IMG/VR virus record: IMGVR_UViG_3300028536_000014
Coordinates: 1 to 64,000 of that record
Length of the DNA stretch: 64,000 bases
Direction: 5' to 3' (one strand)
The notes below the pieces were generated by a model. It saw nothing but the letters and a program-made list of their open reading frames with translations, did no database searches and had not been told where the DNA came from. A program made the position numbers and the translations under genes. Shown one piece after another: positions 10,766-19,440 of this stretch. Every line of letters begins with the position of its first letter. The first letter of the stretch is position 1.

Positions 10766-11539
10766 TTACGGTGTTTGAATGTGAAGGTATTTCAATAAAC
10801 GTTCTCTGGCATCCTGTTTCCCAAAATTAAAAACAGGGATATTAAGATGATGAGCAACTGCGATAACATGACTTGAATTACCAGTCTTTGGAGATCTAAT
10901 TTTAGGATCTTCACATCCGTCTTCTGTCCAAACAACAACGAATTGTGCAAGACTCTTAAGATTTTGTCCACAAACAAGACGAACATTTTTAGCCAAGAAT
11001 TTCTTTACTGTATCTTTCATGTCGTCAAACTTCGGAAAGAATTGTTTAGCAAAATACATTGCTTCTTCTGAAGTAAAGGTCAATTTTGATTGGCTATCAG
11101 CAAAATTACGCCAAGGAATAATAACCTCTTTATGTTTAGCATCCATGAACATTTTGTCAGGACCATCGAAGGCGCTAGTACGAACTGTGTAACCTCGTTG
11201 ATCCAATATGTCTCTGATTTCTTTCAACGCTGCTAGCGCCGTTTCTGGGACTTCTGCATTTCCGGTTCCGACGTACGGTCTGTAGAAAATAGGCGGGTCC
11301 ACAGAAAAGTCACGAGGTACCTCAGGAGCATTCCGACGAGAATTACCGCCGAAACGAGAAAAACCACCAGACTGAGAACCGGCATTCTTACGATAATTGT
11401 TAGAAGAATAATTATTCCCGCCAGTATAAGAACCACGCTGGTCTTGGTGTGTGGATGATTCTTTTGGTGCCGAAGGAGCAGAGTATTCTTGAAATCCTTT
11501 GCTTTCGTATCCAGATGAGTTTGATTCTTGGTCACTCAT
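10766..11539 (-). CDS. SLOG/DprA-Smf-like nucleotide-binding protein with N-terminal disordered region
   Basis: YVGTGNAEVP...GYTVRTSAFDGPD...VVVWT...TGNSSHVIAVA pattern typical of phage SLOG proteins; first ~75 aa S/G/N/R-rich. Confidence 0.65.
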   Translation of the reverse strand: MSDQESNSSGYESKGFQEYSAPSAPKESSTHQDQRGSYTGGNNYSSNNYRKNAGSQSGGFSRFGGNSRRNAPEVPRDFSVDPPIFYRPYVGTGNAEVPETALAALKEIRDILDQRGYTVRTSAFDGPDKMFMDAKHKEVIIPWRNFADSQSKLTFTSEEAMYFAKQFFPKFDDMKDTVKKFLAKNVRLVCGQNLKSLAQFVVVWTEDGCEDPKIRSPKTGNSSHVIAVAHHLNIPVFNFGKQDARERLLKYLHIQTP

Positions 11540-11555
11540 TACGCCCTCTTTTTAT

Positions 11556-12866
11556 TTATGTCAGTACAGAACGAAGATCAACTTCTGCAGTTGACAACAC
11601 TTTGCCGTGCATAGCCTTTAACGACTGGTTCAGGATGAGATGTGAAACTTCCGTTAGTGGAATGACTAAACCTTCCTTATATTGGGAAAGCGCACGTCCA
11701 GAACACATTCGACATAGTCGATCGCCAGGACCTGCTTGACAATACGCTGGTGAACGTATAATCACGCTCTGGTCTAAATAATGGTTAGCATCTTCTATTT
11801 TTTCTATTAGTTTCATTTCAGTCTTTTCAATGATGGTACGACCAACCAACATCCCGATCGTATCTTTGGTATAGACTTTCTTGAGACCCAGTGTTGTTCC
11901 ACAATCTTCCATATCGATGGAATAGTTACTTCCTATACGAATCACTGATTTAGATACCACACCACCGTTGATGGTTTCTGTTCCACGTGAATAAGAACCA
12001 AAACGAGCACCGTTTAAAGATGCTGTATATTCAACTGGATCGGTTGGTTGACCTTCTTCCAACGTTCTGGTAATGGGAACGATAGGATCTTTCGGATCCA
12101 AACGTTCGGGTATACCAATAGCTAAAAACATTTTCTTTCTGGAAACATCCAGAACTTTTCCTTTATAGAAAGTTCCAAAGGCCTGATCATCTTTAAGCCA
12201 TTCACGATCAAAAGCTTTAAGTTTATTTTCATATTCAGCAAATACAGTAGGATCATTCAGGTTACTACCATATTCATTTAAGAGCTGTGTTCTATAGGCT
12301 GCTAACTCTGGAGACTTTGTAATACCTTTACGAGTAGCCGACCAGTTAGTAATGGGTGCAAATTGTTCAAGATAAACTAAACTGTCTCGAAACTTTAGAT
12401 ATTCATCAACATAAATTTTAGCATTGTCTCTGATTTCACCAGACTTAGGAGTGTCAATTAATCGAGATGCGATATACTTCTCATGGTTTTGGACACTTAA
12501 TTTTCCATTATCAAACGGATACTTAGGTCCAAAATTTGGTAGAATAATGACTGCATTGAAAATAAGATTTCCAATACAAGTTTCGAAAGACTCCTTGATA
12601 TTAGGCATCCAACTCGAATCTACTTTAATTCTTTCTTTGAAATGAAAGAGAGGTTCTTTCGTTAGACTATCATCAATTGTTTCAAGCGTTCCATCTTTAT
12701 TAATGAATCGATAAGCTGGATTAAAACTAATGATTCTTAAAAAATAAGTATTTTCAAGATAAGCATCTGATTTTTCTTTCGTTACACAGAAAGCTGAAAA
12801 TATCCAAGATAGATTATTCGCTAGACCAGCTTGAAGTGCTCTTTTAAGATAATCGTGTCTTTTCAT
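11556..12866 (-). CDS. Virion RNA polymerase beta' C-terminal subunit (phiKZ gp80-like)
   Basis: Bridge-helix-like GSYSRGTETINGG, EDCGT, SPAYC and LCRMC zinc motifs. Confidence 0.85.
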   Translation of the reverse strand: MKRHDYLKRALQAGLANNLSWIFSAFCVTKEKSDAYLENTYFLRIISFNPAYRFINKDGTLETIDDSLTKEPLFHFKERIKVDSSWMPNIKESFETCIGNLIFNAVIILPNFGPKYPFDNGKLSVQNHEKYIASRLIDTPKSGEIRDNAKIYVDEYLKFRDSLVYLEQFAPITNWSATRKGITKSPELAAYRTQLLNEYGSNLNDPTVFAEYENKLKAFDREWLKDDQAFGTFYKGKVLDVSRKKMFLAIGIPERLDPKDPIVPITRTLEEGQPTDPVEYTASLNGARFGSYSRGTETINGGVVSKSVIRIGSNYSIDMEDCGTTLGLKKVYTKDTIGMLVGRTIIEKTEMKLIEKIEDANHYLDQSVIIRSPAYCQAGPGDRLCRMCSGRALSQYKEGLVIPLTEVSHLILNQSLKAMHGKVLSTAEVDLRSVLT

Positions 12867-13701
12867 TGTTAATCTTCCTGGTATCTTGAATTTTACTAAT
12901 CATCTTCAATACAAAATTTTCAGCTCTACCAACCAGATCGATCGATTTAAATGCCGTTTCACCGACATCACGATAAGTTGTTAGAATCGCTTGTTCTGGT
13001 GTATCAGACATATAAATGATTGAAAGAATATTCAATGCAGATTGTTCATTGTTGTTTTCCACAACAAGATGTTCCTCTACAAAAGGAAGATAAAGACGTA
13101 ATGGATATCCTACTTTCATTCCAGCATCCAGTAAGACAAATCCAATATGAGATTTACCTAAAACGTCATTGAACAATTTAACACGCTCAATAATAGAGTA
13201 ATCAACAGGTTCTTCTTCTTCGAATTGAAGTTGATTTTCGATATAAAGTTCAAGAAGTTCTAATGTTCTTACATTAACTTCTTTTAATAAGTGAAGAAAG
13301 TGAGCTTGATCATATTCTGTCAGTTCTTCCAAAATTCTAGATAGTTTATCAACACTATCTTCTTCTGAAGTCAATATAGAAATAATCGTAATGTAATTTT
13401 CTAGATGTTGAATACGAAATAATGCATCTAAAATAATAATACGATCATGAGTTGTTGCGTTATCTGTTAACTCGATAAGATGTTGTTTAACGATGTAATC
13501 TAGTTGATTGTTAAGTTCAATTACAAAATGATTAGCTCTTGATTGAATATCAGAAACTGATTCGTTTGTAATTACATCAGTGATCCCACCATATGCATTT
13601 TGATGTTCGAATGCTTCGAAAAGACTAATTGCTTTTCGAATATTTTCAATGTATCCTGGTGTGAAGACATGAGAAATGAAGTCTTCAATAAGTTCGTTCA
13701 A
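12844..13701 (-). CDS. Conserved phiKZ-like hypothetical protein (gp79-like)
   Basis: 285 aa helical protein overlapping the vRNAP gene start. Confidence 0.65.
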   Translation of the reverse strand: MNELIEDFISHVFTPGYIENIRKAISLFEAFEHQNAYGGITDVITNESVSDIQSRANHFVIELNNQLDYIVKQHLIELTDNATTHDRIIILDALFRIQHLENYITIISILTSEEDSVDKLSRILEELTEYDQAHFLHLLKEVNVRTLELLELYIENQLQFEEEEPVDYSIIERVKLFNDVLGKSHIGFVLLDAGMKVGYPLRLYLPFVEEHLVVENNNEQSALNILSIIYMSDTPEQAILTTYRDVGETAFKSIDLVGRAENFVLKMISKIQDTRKINNEKTRLS

Positions 13702-13788
13702 TGACCCTCTCCTTAAGAATTTAATTCATACCACACTTATTAATTAGTGCGGGTCGTCACATCATGCTAAAACTAATAGGTAAAATTA

Positions 13789-14415
13789 ATGTCAAAGAAG
13801 ACAAGCTTTCCCACAAACAAACGTGTATCTCGCACGATCATGCAGGCTGAAGAACATAAATTTCCATTTCCTGTTTCAATACCAACCACTCAACGAACTG
13901 CGATTTCTAAAGAAGCTCGCAAACTCTCTCAACATTCAAAGCCTAATGTTCGCTCCCAACCTCGAACAACAGAATTAGAATGGAATACATTTAACGGGCT
14001 TTATCAATCAATAGCCAAAGGTATTCTGGAATTTTCTGAAGCAATTTTCCATAATTTAAAAGCCGTTGAAGCAAATAAGGAACATACGGGTGAAAAGGTT
14101 GATCCTGTTTTTCTTCGATTTGTTCAACAGGCTATTCAAGATTGTGAAACATTCTCAAAAGAATTGGTTCTTATAAAAGATCGTCATAAGACCAAAGAAG
14201 GTCAATTAGTGACTAATGATGAGATGGAAGAGTATTATGCACTCGGTGAAGCTTATTACAGTTTCTTCGAGCGATTCAAAACGATCGCTTTCCAAGCATC
14301 AGTCGAAATTACTGCTTACTTATCTTCGGAAGTTACTAACGTTGATGAAAATCAGAATCTTCAGAATCTAGTCGCAAATGCAACCAATACAATTTCCTCT
14401 ATAACAACAACTTAA
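13789..14415 (+). CDS. Conserved phiKZ-like hypothetical protein
   Basis: 208 aa ORF, divergent operon. Confidence 0.7.
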   Translation: MSKKTSFPTNKRVSRTIMQAEEHKFPFPVSIPTTQRTAISKEARKLSQHSKPNVRSQPRTTELEWNTFNGLYQSIAKGILEFSEAIFHNLKAVEANKEHTGEKVDPVFLRFVQQAIQDCETFSKELVLIKDRHKTKEGQLVTNDEMEEYYALGEAYYSFFERFKTIAFQASVEITAYLSSEVTNVDENQNLQNLVANATNTISSITTT

Positions 14416-14423
14416 AGCAAAAC

Positions 14424-16052
14424 ATGAACGAACATATTGAAGGTAGTGAAACTGGACAGACTGCAGTTGAACCATCAGTCATTGTAACTGAGGTAACTTC
14501 TTCTCCGTCTGTTGCAACTGCAACAGACGGAATTCAGCAGACAGATGCGGACTATCTTCAGGAACCAGATCCGCAAAAAACTGATCGATCAGAAGTTTCA
14601 GAATTTTCTTCTGAAGCACCAGAACCAACTTATAGTAAACGTCCCAATCAGAACGTATTTCTTGATTCGGTAGTCTCTAAGGATAATCCTGATCCTGCCG
14701 GCATTTCAATATCGCTTCCTAGTGATACTTCGACACGAACAGAAGAAGTCATTACTAATATTCCAAATATCGACGTGTCAGGAACCGAACAGGGAACCAA
14801 GTGGGCTCAAGCTGTACAAGCTGCTCTTGGCTTGAATTCATATGAAGATGTCTTCCTGTCAACACTGGAAGACCAAAATGCTGATTTTCATCAGAGCTTG
14901 GAAGTCAATGGAACAAAATTTGGTTCTAATGAAGTCAAATTCAGAGAACGCCAAAATACCTCCTTTGACGGTGAAGCAGCTGTTCTTCGTACTATTTCAC
15001 ATTTGGGGCTTGGAAGCACTTGGAATACCGGACTTTACAATACTGGTATTTGGATTACGTTCAAACCACCCACTGAAGAAGATCTAGTTGAGCTTTATCG
15101 TCAACTTACTGCAGATCAGATTGAAATGGGACGGATGTCTTATGGATTGGCATATGCTAACACTAGCTCGTATCATATCGAACGGTTATGCCGATTTGCA
15201 CAACAACATATTTATCGCATTAATGCAAATCCTGATGAAATTGGTCCGGCCAATATTCTTGACCATATCAAATCTCAGGATATCACATCACTGTTATGGG
15301 GACTTGCTTGTACAATGTTCCCTAAAGGTTTCAACTATAGCAGAGCTTGCATGGTTGATCCTGAAAAATGTCAACACGTTACAAATGAAATTCTGAATCT
15401 AAGAAAATTGCAATTAGTCAATCGTGCAGGTTTGACAGATCGTCAGAAAGCTCATATGGCTGAACACCGTGGTGGAACTAAGATTACTGTTAAGGATCTG
15501 CAATCCTACGGATCTGAGATGACACGAGCCTCTTTCCATCGAGTTGTTGTCAACGAAGGTGAGAAAGACGAAATTACAATTAATTTACGTTCACCTTCTA
15601 TAACTGAGTATATCCAAACAGGTCACCGTTGGATTGACGACATGGTCAATAATGTCGAACAGGTTTTAGGTTCCACTGGTACTGTGGAAGAAAAGAATAA
15701 ATTGATCGATATGAAATCTCGCGCTACAATCATGCGTCAGTATTGTCATTGGGTTAGTTCGATTGAACTTGACACCAATCAAATTACCGATAGGGCTTCT
15801 ATCGAAAAGGTATTGAATAACATCAGTGGTGATCAAAATATTCGTGAAACATTCTTAACGGAAGTGAAGAAATTCATTGAGAACTCTTCGGTTTCAGTTG
15901 TCGGTATACCCACCTATGATTGTCCTAAATGTGGTAAACCTAATGAAGGTAATATTACCTTTCCGTATCGGACCAATATGATTCCGATCGATGTCATCCA
16001 ACTTTTTTTCGTCCTGCTTACTCAGAAACGCAGGGATCTGGAGAACAGATAA
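14424..16052 (+). CDS. Conserved core protein (phiKZ gp77-like), probable tail/baseplate-hub assembly chaperone with Cys motifs
   Basis: 542 aa; CMVDPEKC, INLRSPSITEY and CPKC motifs reminiscent of T4 gp26-type hub chaperones; slippery site near 3' end. Confidence 0.6.
   Translation: MNEHIEGSETGQTAVEPSVIVTEVTSSPSVATATDGIQQTDADYLQEPDPQKTDRSEVSEFSSEAPEPTYSKRPNQNVFLDSVVSKDNPDPAGISISLPSDTSTRTEEVITNIPNIDVSGTEQGTKWAQAVQAALGLNSYEDVFLSTLEDQNADFHQSLEVNGTKFGSNEVKFRERQNTSFDGEAAVLRTISHLGLGSTWNTGLYNTGIWITFKPPTEEDLVELYRQLTADQIEMGRMSYGLAYANTSSYHIERLCRFAQQHIYRINANPDEIGPANILDHIKSQDITSLLWGLACTMFPKGFNYSRACMVDPEKCQHVTNEILNLRKLQLVNRAGLTDRQKAHMAEHRGGTKITVKDLQSYGSEMTRASFHRVVVNEGEKDEITINLRSPSITEYIQTGHRWIDDMVNNVEQVLGSTGTVEEKNKLIDMKSRATIMRQYCHWVSSIELDTNQITDRASIEKVLNNISGDQNIRETFLTEVKKFIENSSVSVVGIPTYDCPKCGKPNEGNITFPYRTNMIPIDVIQLFFVLLTQKRRDLENR
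16004..16010 (+). promoter_or_regulatory. Putative -1 programmed ribosomal frameshift site (U UUU UUC)
   Basis: In-phase X XXY YYZ heptamer in the 14424 ORF; the -1 frame is open from 15953 to 16537 and is the frame of the next ORF. Confidence 0.65.
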
Positions 16053-16537
16053 GTAAATACCTTGTAGGTCATCCGGACTATGGTCGTCACATTGATCCGG
16101 CTTCGATCTTGCAAAGTGTTCTGGGTGCGGATGTTATTACCGGTAGCATAGAGATACAACAAACGATGATGGACGTTTATGAAACTATTTATAACGTCTT
16201 TAATCATCTTAAGAATTTCAAAAGTCCTCCAGCTTCGAGGAGACCTTTAGCTAGCGTTGCTTTCCATAAAGGTGAAGATTTTACTACAGGAAGTCTATTG
16301 GAAGATACGATGCGCATATTTCGTGATCTCCCAATTAAAGATATTTTCGGTATTGACTACTTACAGTTTATGAAACTACCGGTTGATATCGTAGAAATGA
16401 TGGTTAAGATGGCTCGTGAAAAACATGAAAATGAATCTAAAACAGCCGCTAAAGCAGATCATGCATTAAAATCATCACTGCGAGAAGAACAACAAAGACA
16501 TGCCGATGCATTAAAAGGTCGGAAAATGATTCGATAA
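16004..16537 (+). CDS. C-terminal extension (GT-like) of the gp77-like chaperone, probably made by -1 frameshift; ORF track calls it from TTG 16109
   Basis: Reads FFRPAYSETQGSG...LQSVLGADV...FGIDYLQFMKLPVDIVEMM; no SD-supported start. Confidence 0.6.
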   Translation, partial: FFRPAYSETQGSGEQISKYLVGHPDYGRHIDPASILQSVLGADVITGSIEIQQTMMDVYETIYNVFNHLKNFKSPPASRRPLASVAFHKGEDFTTGSLLEDTMRIFRDLPIKDIFGIDYLQFMKLPVDIVEMMVKMAREKHENESKTAAKADHALKSSLREEQQRHADALKGRKMIR

Positions 16538-16540
16538 ATG

Positions 16541-16575
16541 ACATACACCTACAGGTAATTCCTGTAGGTGTATGT
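16541..16575. terminator. Bidirectional terminator hairpin
   Basis: 15-bp perfect inverted repeat acatacacctacagg / cctgtaggtgtatgt. Confidence 0.8.
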
Positions 16576-16586
16576 TTATGTTTGTT

Positions 16587-17171
16587 TTAAGGTATCGTGT
16601 TGAACAAAATTACATGTTCAATAGCGGTATGTTTAATTTCTTCTGTTGTATAAACTGCTTTTAAAGATGGGTCATAAATTTTGTCACCATCCCAATAAAC
16701 AAAATGAGAAAGCGTTTTATAGTTTTTTGATGGAACTTTAAGAATAGCTTCACGTTTCCATATGTATAAAACTGGTAAACTAAATCCTCTACTAGAGAAT
16801 CCAACAACCCACTGATAATCTTCTCCTTCATTCATTCCTAAAGCAGTAAAGATTTCGTGTAATTTATTGTTGTATGAACCGTTATGCTGAATAAATGAAG
16901 TAAGAGTGCTTCCCAATAACTCTGCGATTTCTCGATAATCAATTCGCATTACCATAGCCATACAAGCGATAAGACAATCGTGTTTATCAGCTTTTTGTTG
17001 TACCAATTTAGGTGGTTTTAGATGACGTTCAAGTTCATCTACTCCTTTCACAAGGAGTTCATGATGTTGAAATGATTCTTCCACCTGAGTATTCTTCCAA
17101 AAACGCCAAGTGTAATATTGGGCTTTTCTGAATAGAGGAACAAGTCGCCGTATAATTTTACCAATTTTCAT
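16587..17171 (-). CDS. Papain-like (C39-type) cysteine peptidase
   Basis: QQKADKHDCLIACMAM (Q..C), HFVYWDG (H), IYDPS (D). Confidence 0.65.
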   Translation of the reverse strand: MKIGKIIRRLVPLFRKAQYYTWRFWKNTQVEESFQHHELLVKGVDELERHLKPPKLVQQKADKHDCLIACMAMVMRIDYREIAELLGSTLTSFIQHNGSYNNKLHEIFTALGMNEGEDYQWVVGFSSRGFSLPVLYIWKREAILKVPSKNYKTLSHFVYWDGDKIYDPSLKAVYTTEEIKHTAIEHVILFNTIP

Positions 17172-17461
17172 TTGATATTATCCATTCGTTCTTTCCAACC
17201 AACCAAATGAATCTGTTCATGAAACCCACAAACTTGACAATCAACTATATGAGGACAAACAATTGAAGGATTAACATCTCCATTTTTACTGATGACATAT
17301 GTTATTAATGCTCCATCTTTCGTGATTTCACATTTTAATAAATGCATAGGACCTCCACATTTTGCACAATAATAAATAGCGCTATACTTGCAATCATTAT
17401 CTATAGTGAGTTTCCACTGTCCTTTATTACGACCGTGAGTTGATTTCAGTATACCAGACAT
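17168..17461 (-). CDS. Small zinc-binding protein
   Basis: CAKC ... CPH ... CQVC. Confidence 0.65.
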   Translation of the reverse strand: MSGILKSTHGRNKGQWKLTIDNDCKYSAIYYCAKCGGPMHLLKCEITKDGALITYVISKNGDVNPSIVCPHIVDCQVCGFHEQIHLVGWKERMDNIK

Positions 17462-17470
17462 AATAATTTC

Positions 17471-17629
17471 CTATTTCGTTTTCTTTGAAACAGATCCCGG
17501 CTTATGTTTTTCTTTTTGTGCTTTTTCGATACGATTCAATGTTCCGAATACATAAGCATCTTTTTGCTTACCATGTAGACCTTTTTTCTTGGCCTCTTCT
17601 TCTAATCGCTTATGAAGTGCTTCAGGCAT
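17471..17629 (-). CDS. Small basic protein, 52 aa (not in ORF track)
   Basis: AGGAG SD, ATG at 17629, MPEALHKRLEEEAKKKGLHGKQKDAYVFGTLNRIEKAQKEKHKPGSVSKKTK, stop at 17471. Confidence 0.7.
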   Translation of the reverse strand: MPEALHKRLEEEAKKKGLHGKQKDAYVFGTLNRIEKAQKEKHKPGSVSKKTK

Positions 17630-17788
17630 AAATATCTCCTATATAACTAGGGTTAATTAAAAGAGAAGTATTGGTACTAAAATATATGAATAACACCACA
17701 CGATCTCGTAATAATTATTTACGATTAAAAAAAATAGAACCTGGATATAACCCAGGTTCTATTTGAATGAATCTGCTAGTTAAATACT

Positions 17789-19357
17789 TTATAAACAGAC
17801 ATTACTCTTAAACTCTTTGAATGAAGCAACTCTATCTAAAAGTAAATCATGTCTTTTTCTTGCATAATCATAGTGTTTCTTAATATTTTCAGAAAAGACA
17901 AAGAAACAACGAGCTGTACCTGAAGGTGGTTCTCTTAATCTGCCAAGCATTTGGATATTTGCAACTGGTGAATCTATGTTGTCTAAACAGATTATAGTCA
18001 TCAATCCTTTCAGATCATGTCCAGTACCACCAGATTGATAGGTTGTAACTCGAATAACTGGCTCAATTAGATTTTCGTAGGGATCTTGTTCAGTAAACTT
18101 ACGAATATCATATTGAGGATAAATGAGTTTTAAGAACTTAGTGATAACTTCACACATTGCGATCGTTCGAACATAAATGATACATTTATGCCCTCGTTCA
18201 AAATTATCAAAGAAACCATTGATCAAAACTTCTTCAATTAGAGACATATATTTTTCGGTTAGCTTTTTATGTTTTAATATTGAACGTTCAAAAGCAACTT
18301 GAGAATAGGTGGTATTGCCACGTTCAGACGTTCTGATCAATTGTAGACTTTGACTAGAAATTGAATAAGAAATACCATAAGTCCTAATATACTTTTTCAT
18401 CTTGACTTCCTCAAAGCGAATTTCGCGAGGAAACATGATGTGTTGCATCTTATCAATGAATGGATCTCTAGATAGAAATGTAGCAGATAATCCGATACAT
18501 AGATCAACATTCATAAAACATTGTGTTTTATAAACACCAAAAAATTGTCGATGAATTTCATCAATAAGAACAGTTCCGATCCCAAGAAGTTCATAAATAT
18601 TTTCTGGAGCACATCCGTATTCATCATTAATACAAATGTTTCTATTCTCCAAATAAGACGTAATGAAATTTGTCCATGTCTTTGAAGATATAATCACAAT
18701 TTCAGTTTTATATGTTTTTGTTTTACCAAGTTCTATTAAACCTCGTAATGAATCACCACCTTGAACAACCATAATGTCTTTTTCTTTTAGATTTGTAACA
18801 TTCTGGATCTCAAAGATAAATTTGTCTATGAATGAAGGTTCTATAATAATAGCTGTTCTATAAGCTCTTTTACAAATGGTCCATAGCGCAATAAGACCTT
18901 TACCATAACCTGTTGGAAGAGTGACCAAACGACTATTAAGATCATCAGCTAATTCCTGTATTAAAAAATCAACTACATCAGGTTGACGATCTCGAAGCTT
19001 CCATTCATCTTTTATTTTAACAGTGATTGGAAAAGGTTCTGGTATAACACCTATATCAACAATATAAAACCCTCGATCATATCCAGTTTTCTGAAGATAA
19101 TCTTCGAAATGATTAAACTGTCCTATATGAAACCGATATTCGTTAAGATCATGACAAGATAATCCATATATTTTATCTGGAGATTCTTTCAATGGTATTT
19201 TGAAGTTGTATTTATTAGGAGGTTTAAATCCTTTATGGGTATATAGTACGAGAAAATGATCCAATAGTTTACGACCCATTGGAGTAATTCTTGTCACTTT
19301 AAAGAAATGAGAATAGATTGATATTACAAAAATCGGATCAAATTGTACCGATGACAA
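17789..19357 (-). CDS. Superfamily 2 (UvsW-like) helicase (phiKZ gp75-like)
   Basis: Walker A TLPTGYGKG, IDEIH, GLSAT, QMLGRLR; TTG start with GGGAG SD. Confidence 0.9.
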   Translation of the reverse strand: MSSVQFDPIFVISIYSHFFKVTRITPMGRKLLDHFLVLYTHKGFKPPNKYNFKIPLKESPDKIYGLSCHDLNEYRFHIGQFNHFEDYLQKTGYDRGFYIVDIGVIPEPFPITVKIKDEWKLRDRQPDVVDFLIQELADDLNSRLVTLPTGYGKGLIALWTICKRAYRTAIIIEPSFIDKFIFEIQNVTNLKEKDIMVVQGGDSLRGLIELGKTKTYKTEIVIISSKTWTNFITSYLENRNICINDEYGCAPENIYELLGIGTVLIDEIHRQFFGVYKTQCFMNVDLCIGLSATFLSRDPFIDKMQHIMFPREIRFEEVKMKKYIRTYGISYSISSQSLQLIRTSERGNTTYSQVAFERSILKHKKLTEKYMSLIEEVLINGFFDNFERGHKCIIYVRTIAMCEVITKFLKLIYPQYDIRKFTEQDPYENLIEPVIRVTTYQSGGTGHDLKGLMTIICLDNIDSPVANIQMLGRLREPPSGTARCFFVFSENIKKHYDYARKRHDLLLDRVASFKEFKSNVCL

Positions 19358-19440
19358 GTTTAAACTCCCGTTTTAAAAAACATTCGTCACACATCTCTAT
19401 AATGGAGGCTAGCCCAAACGGACTAGCCTCCTATGATGTT

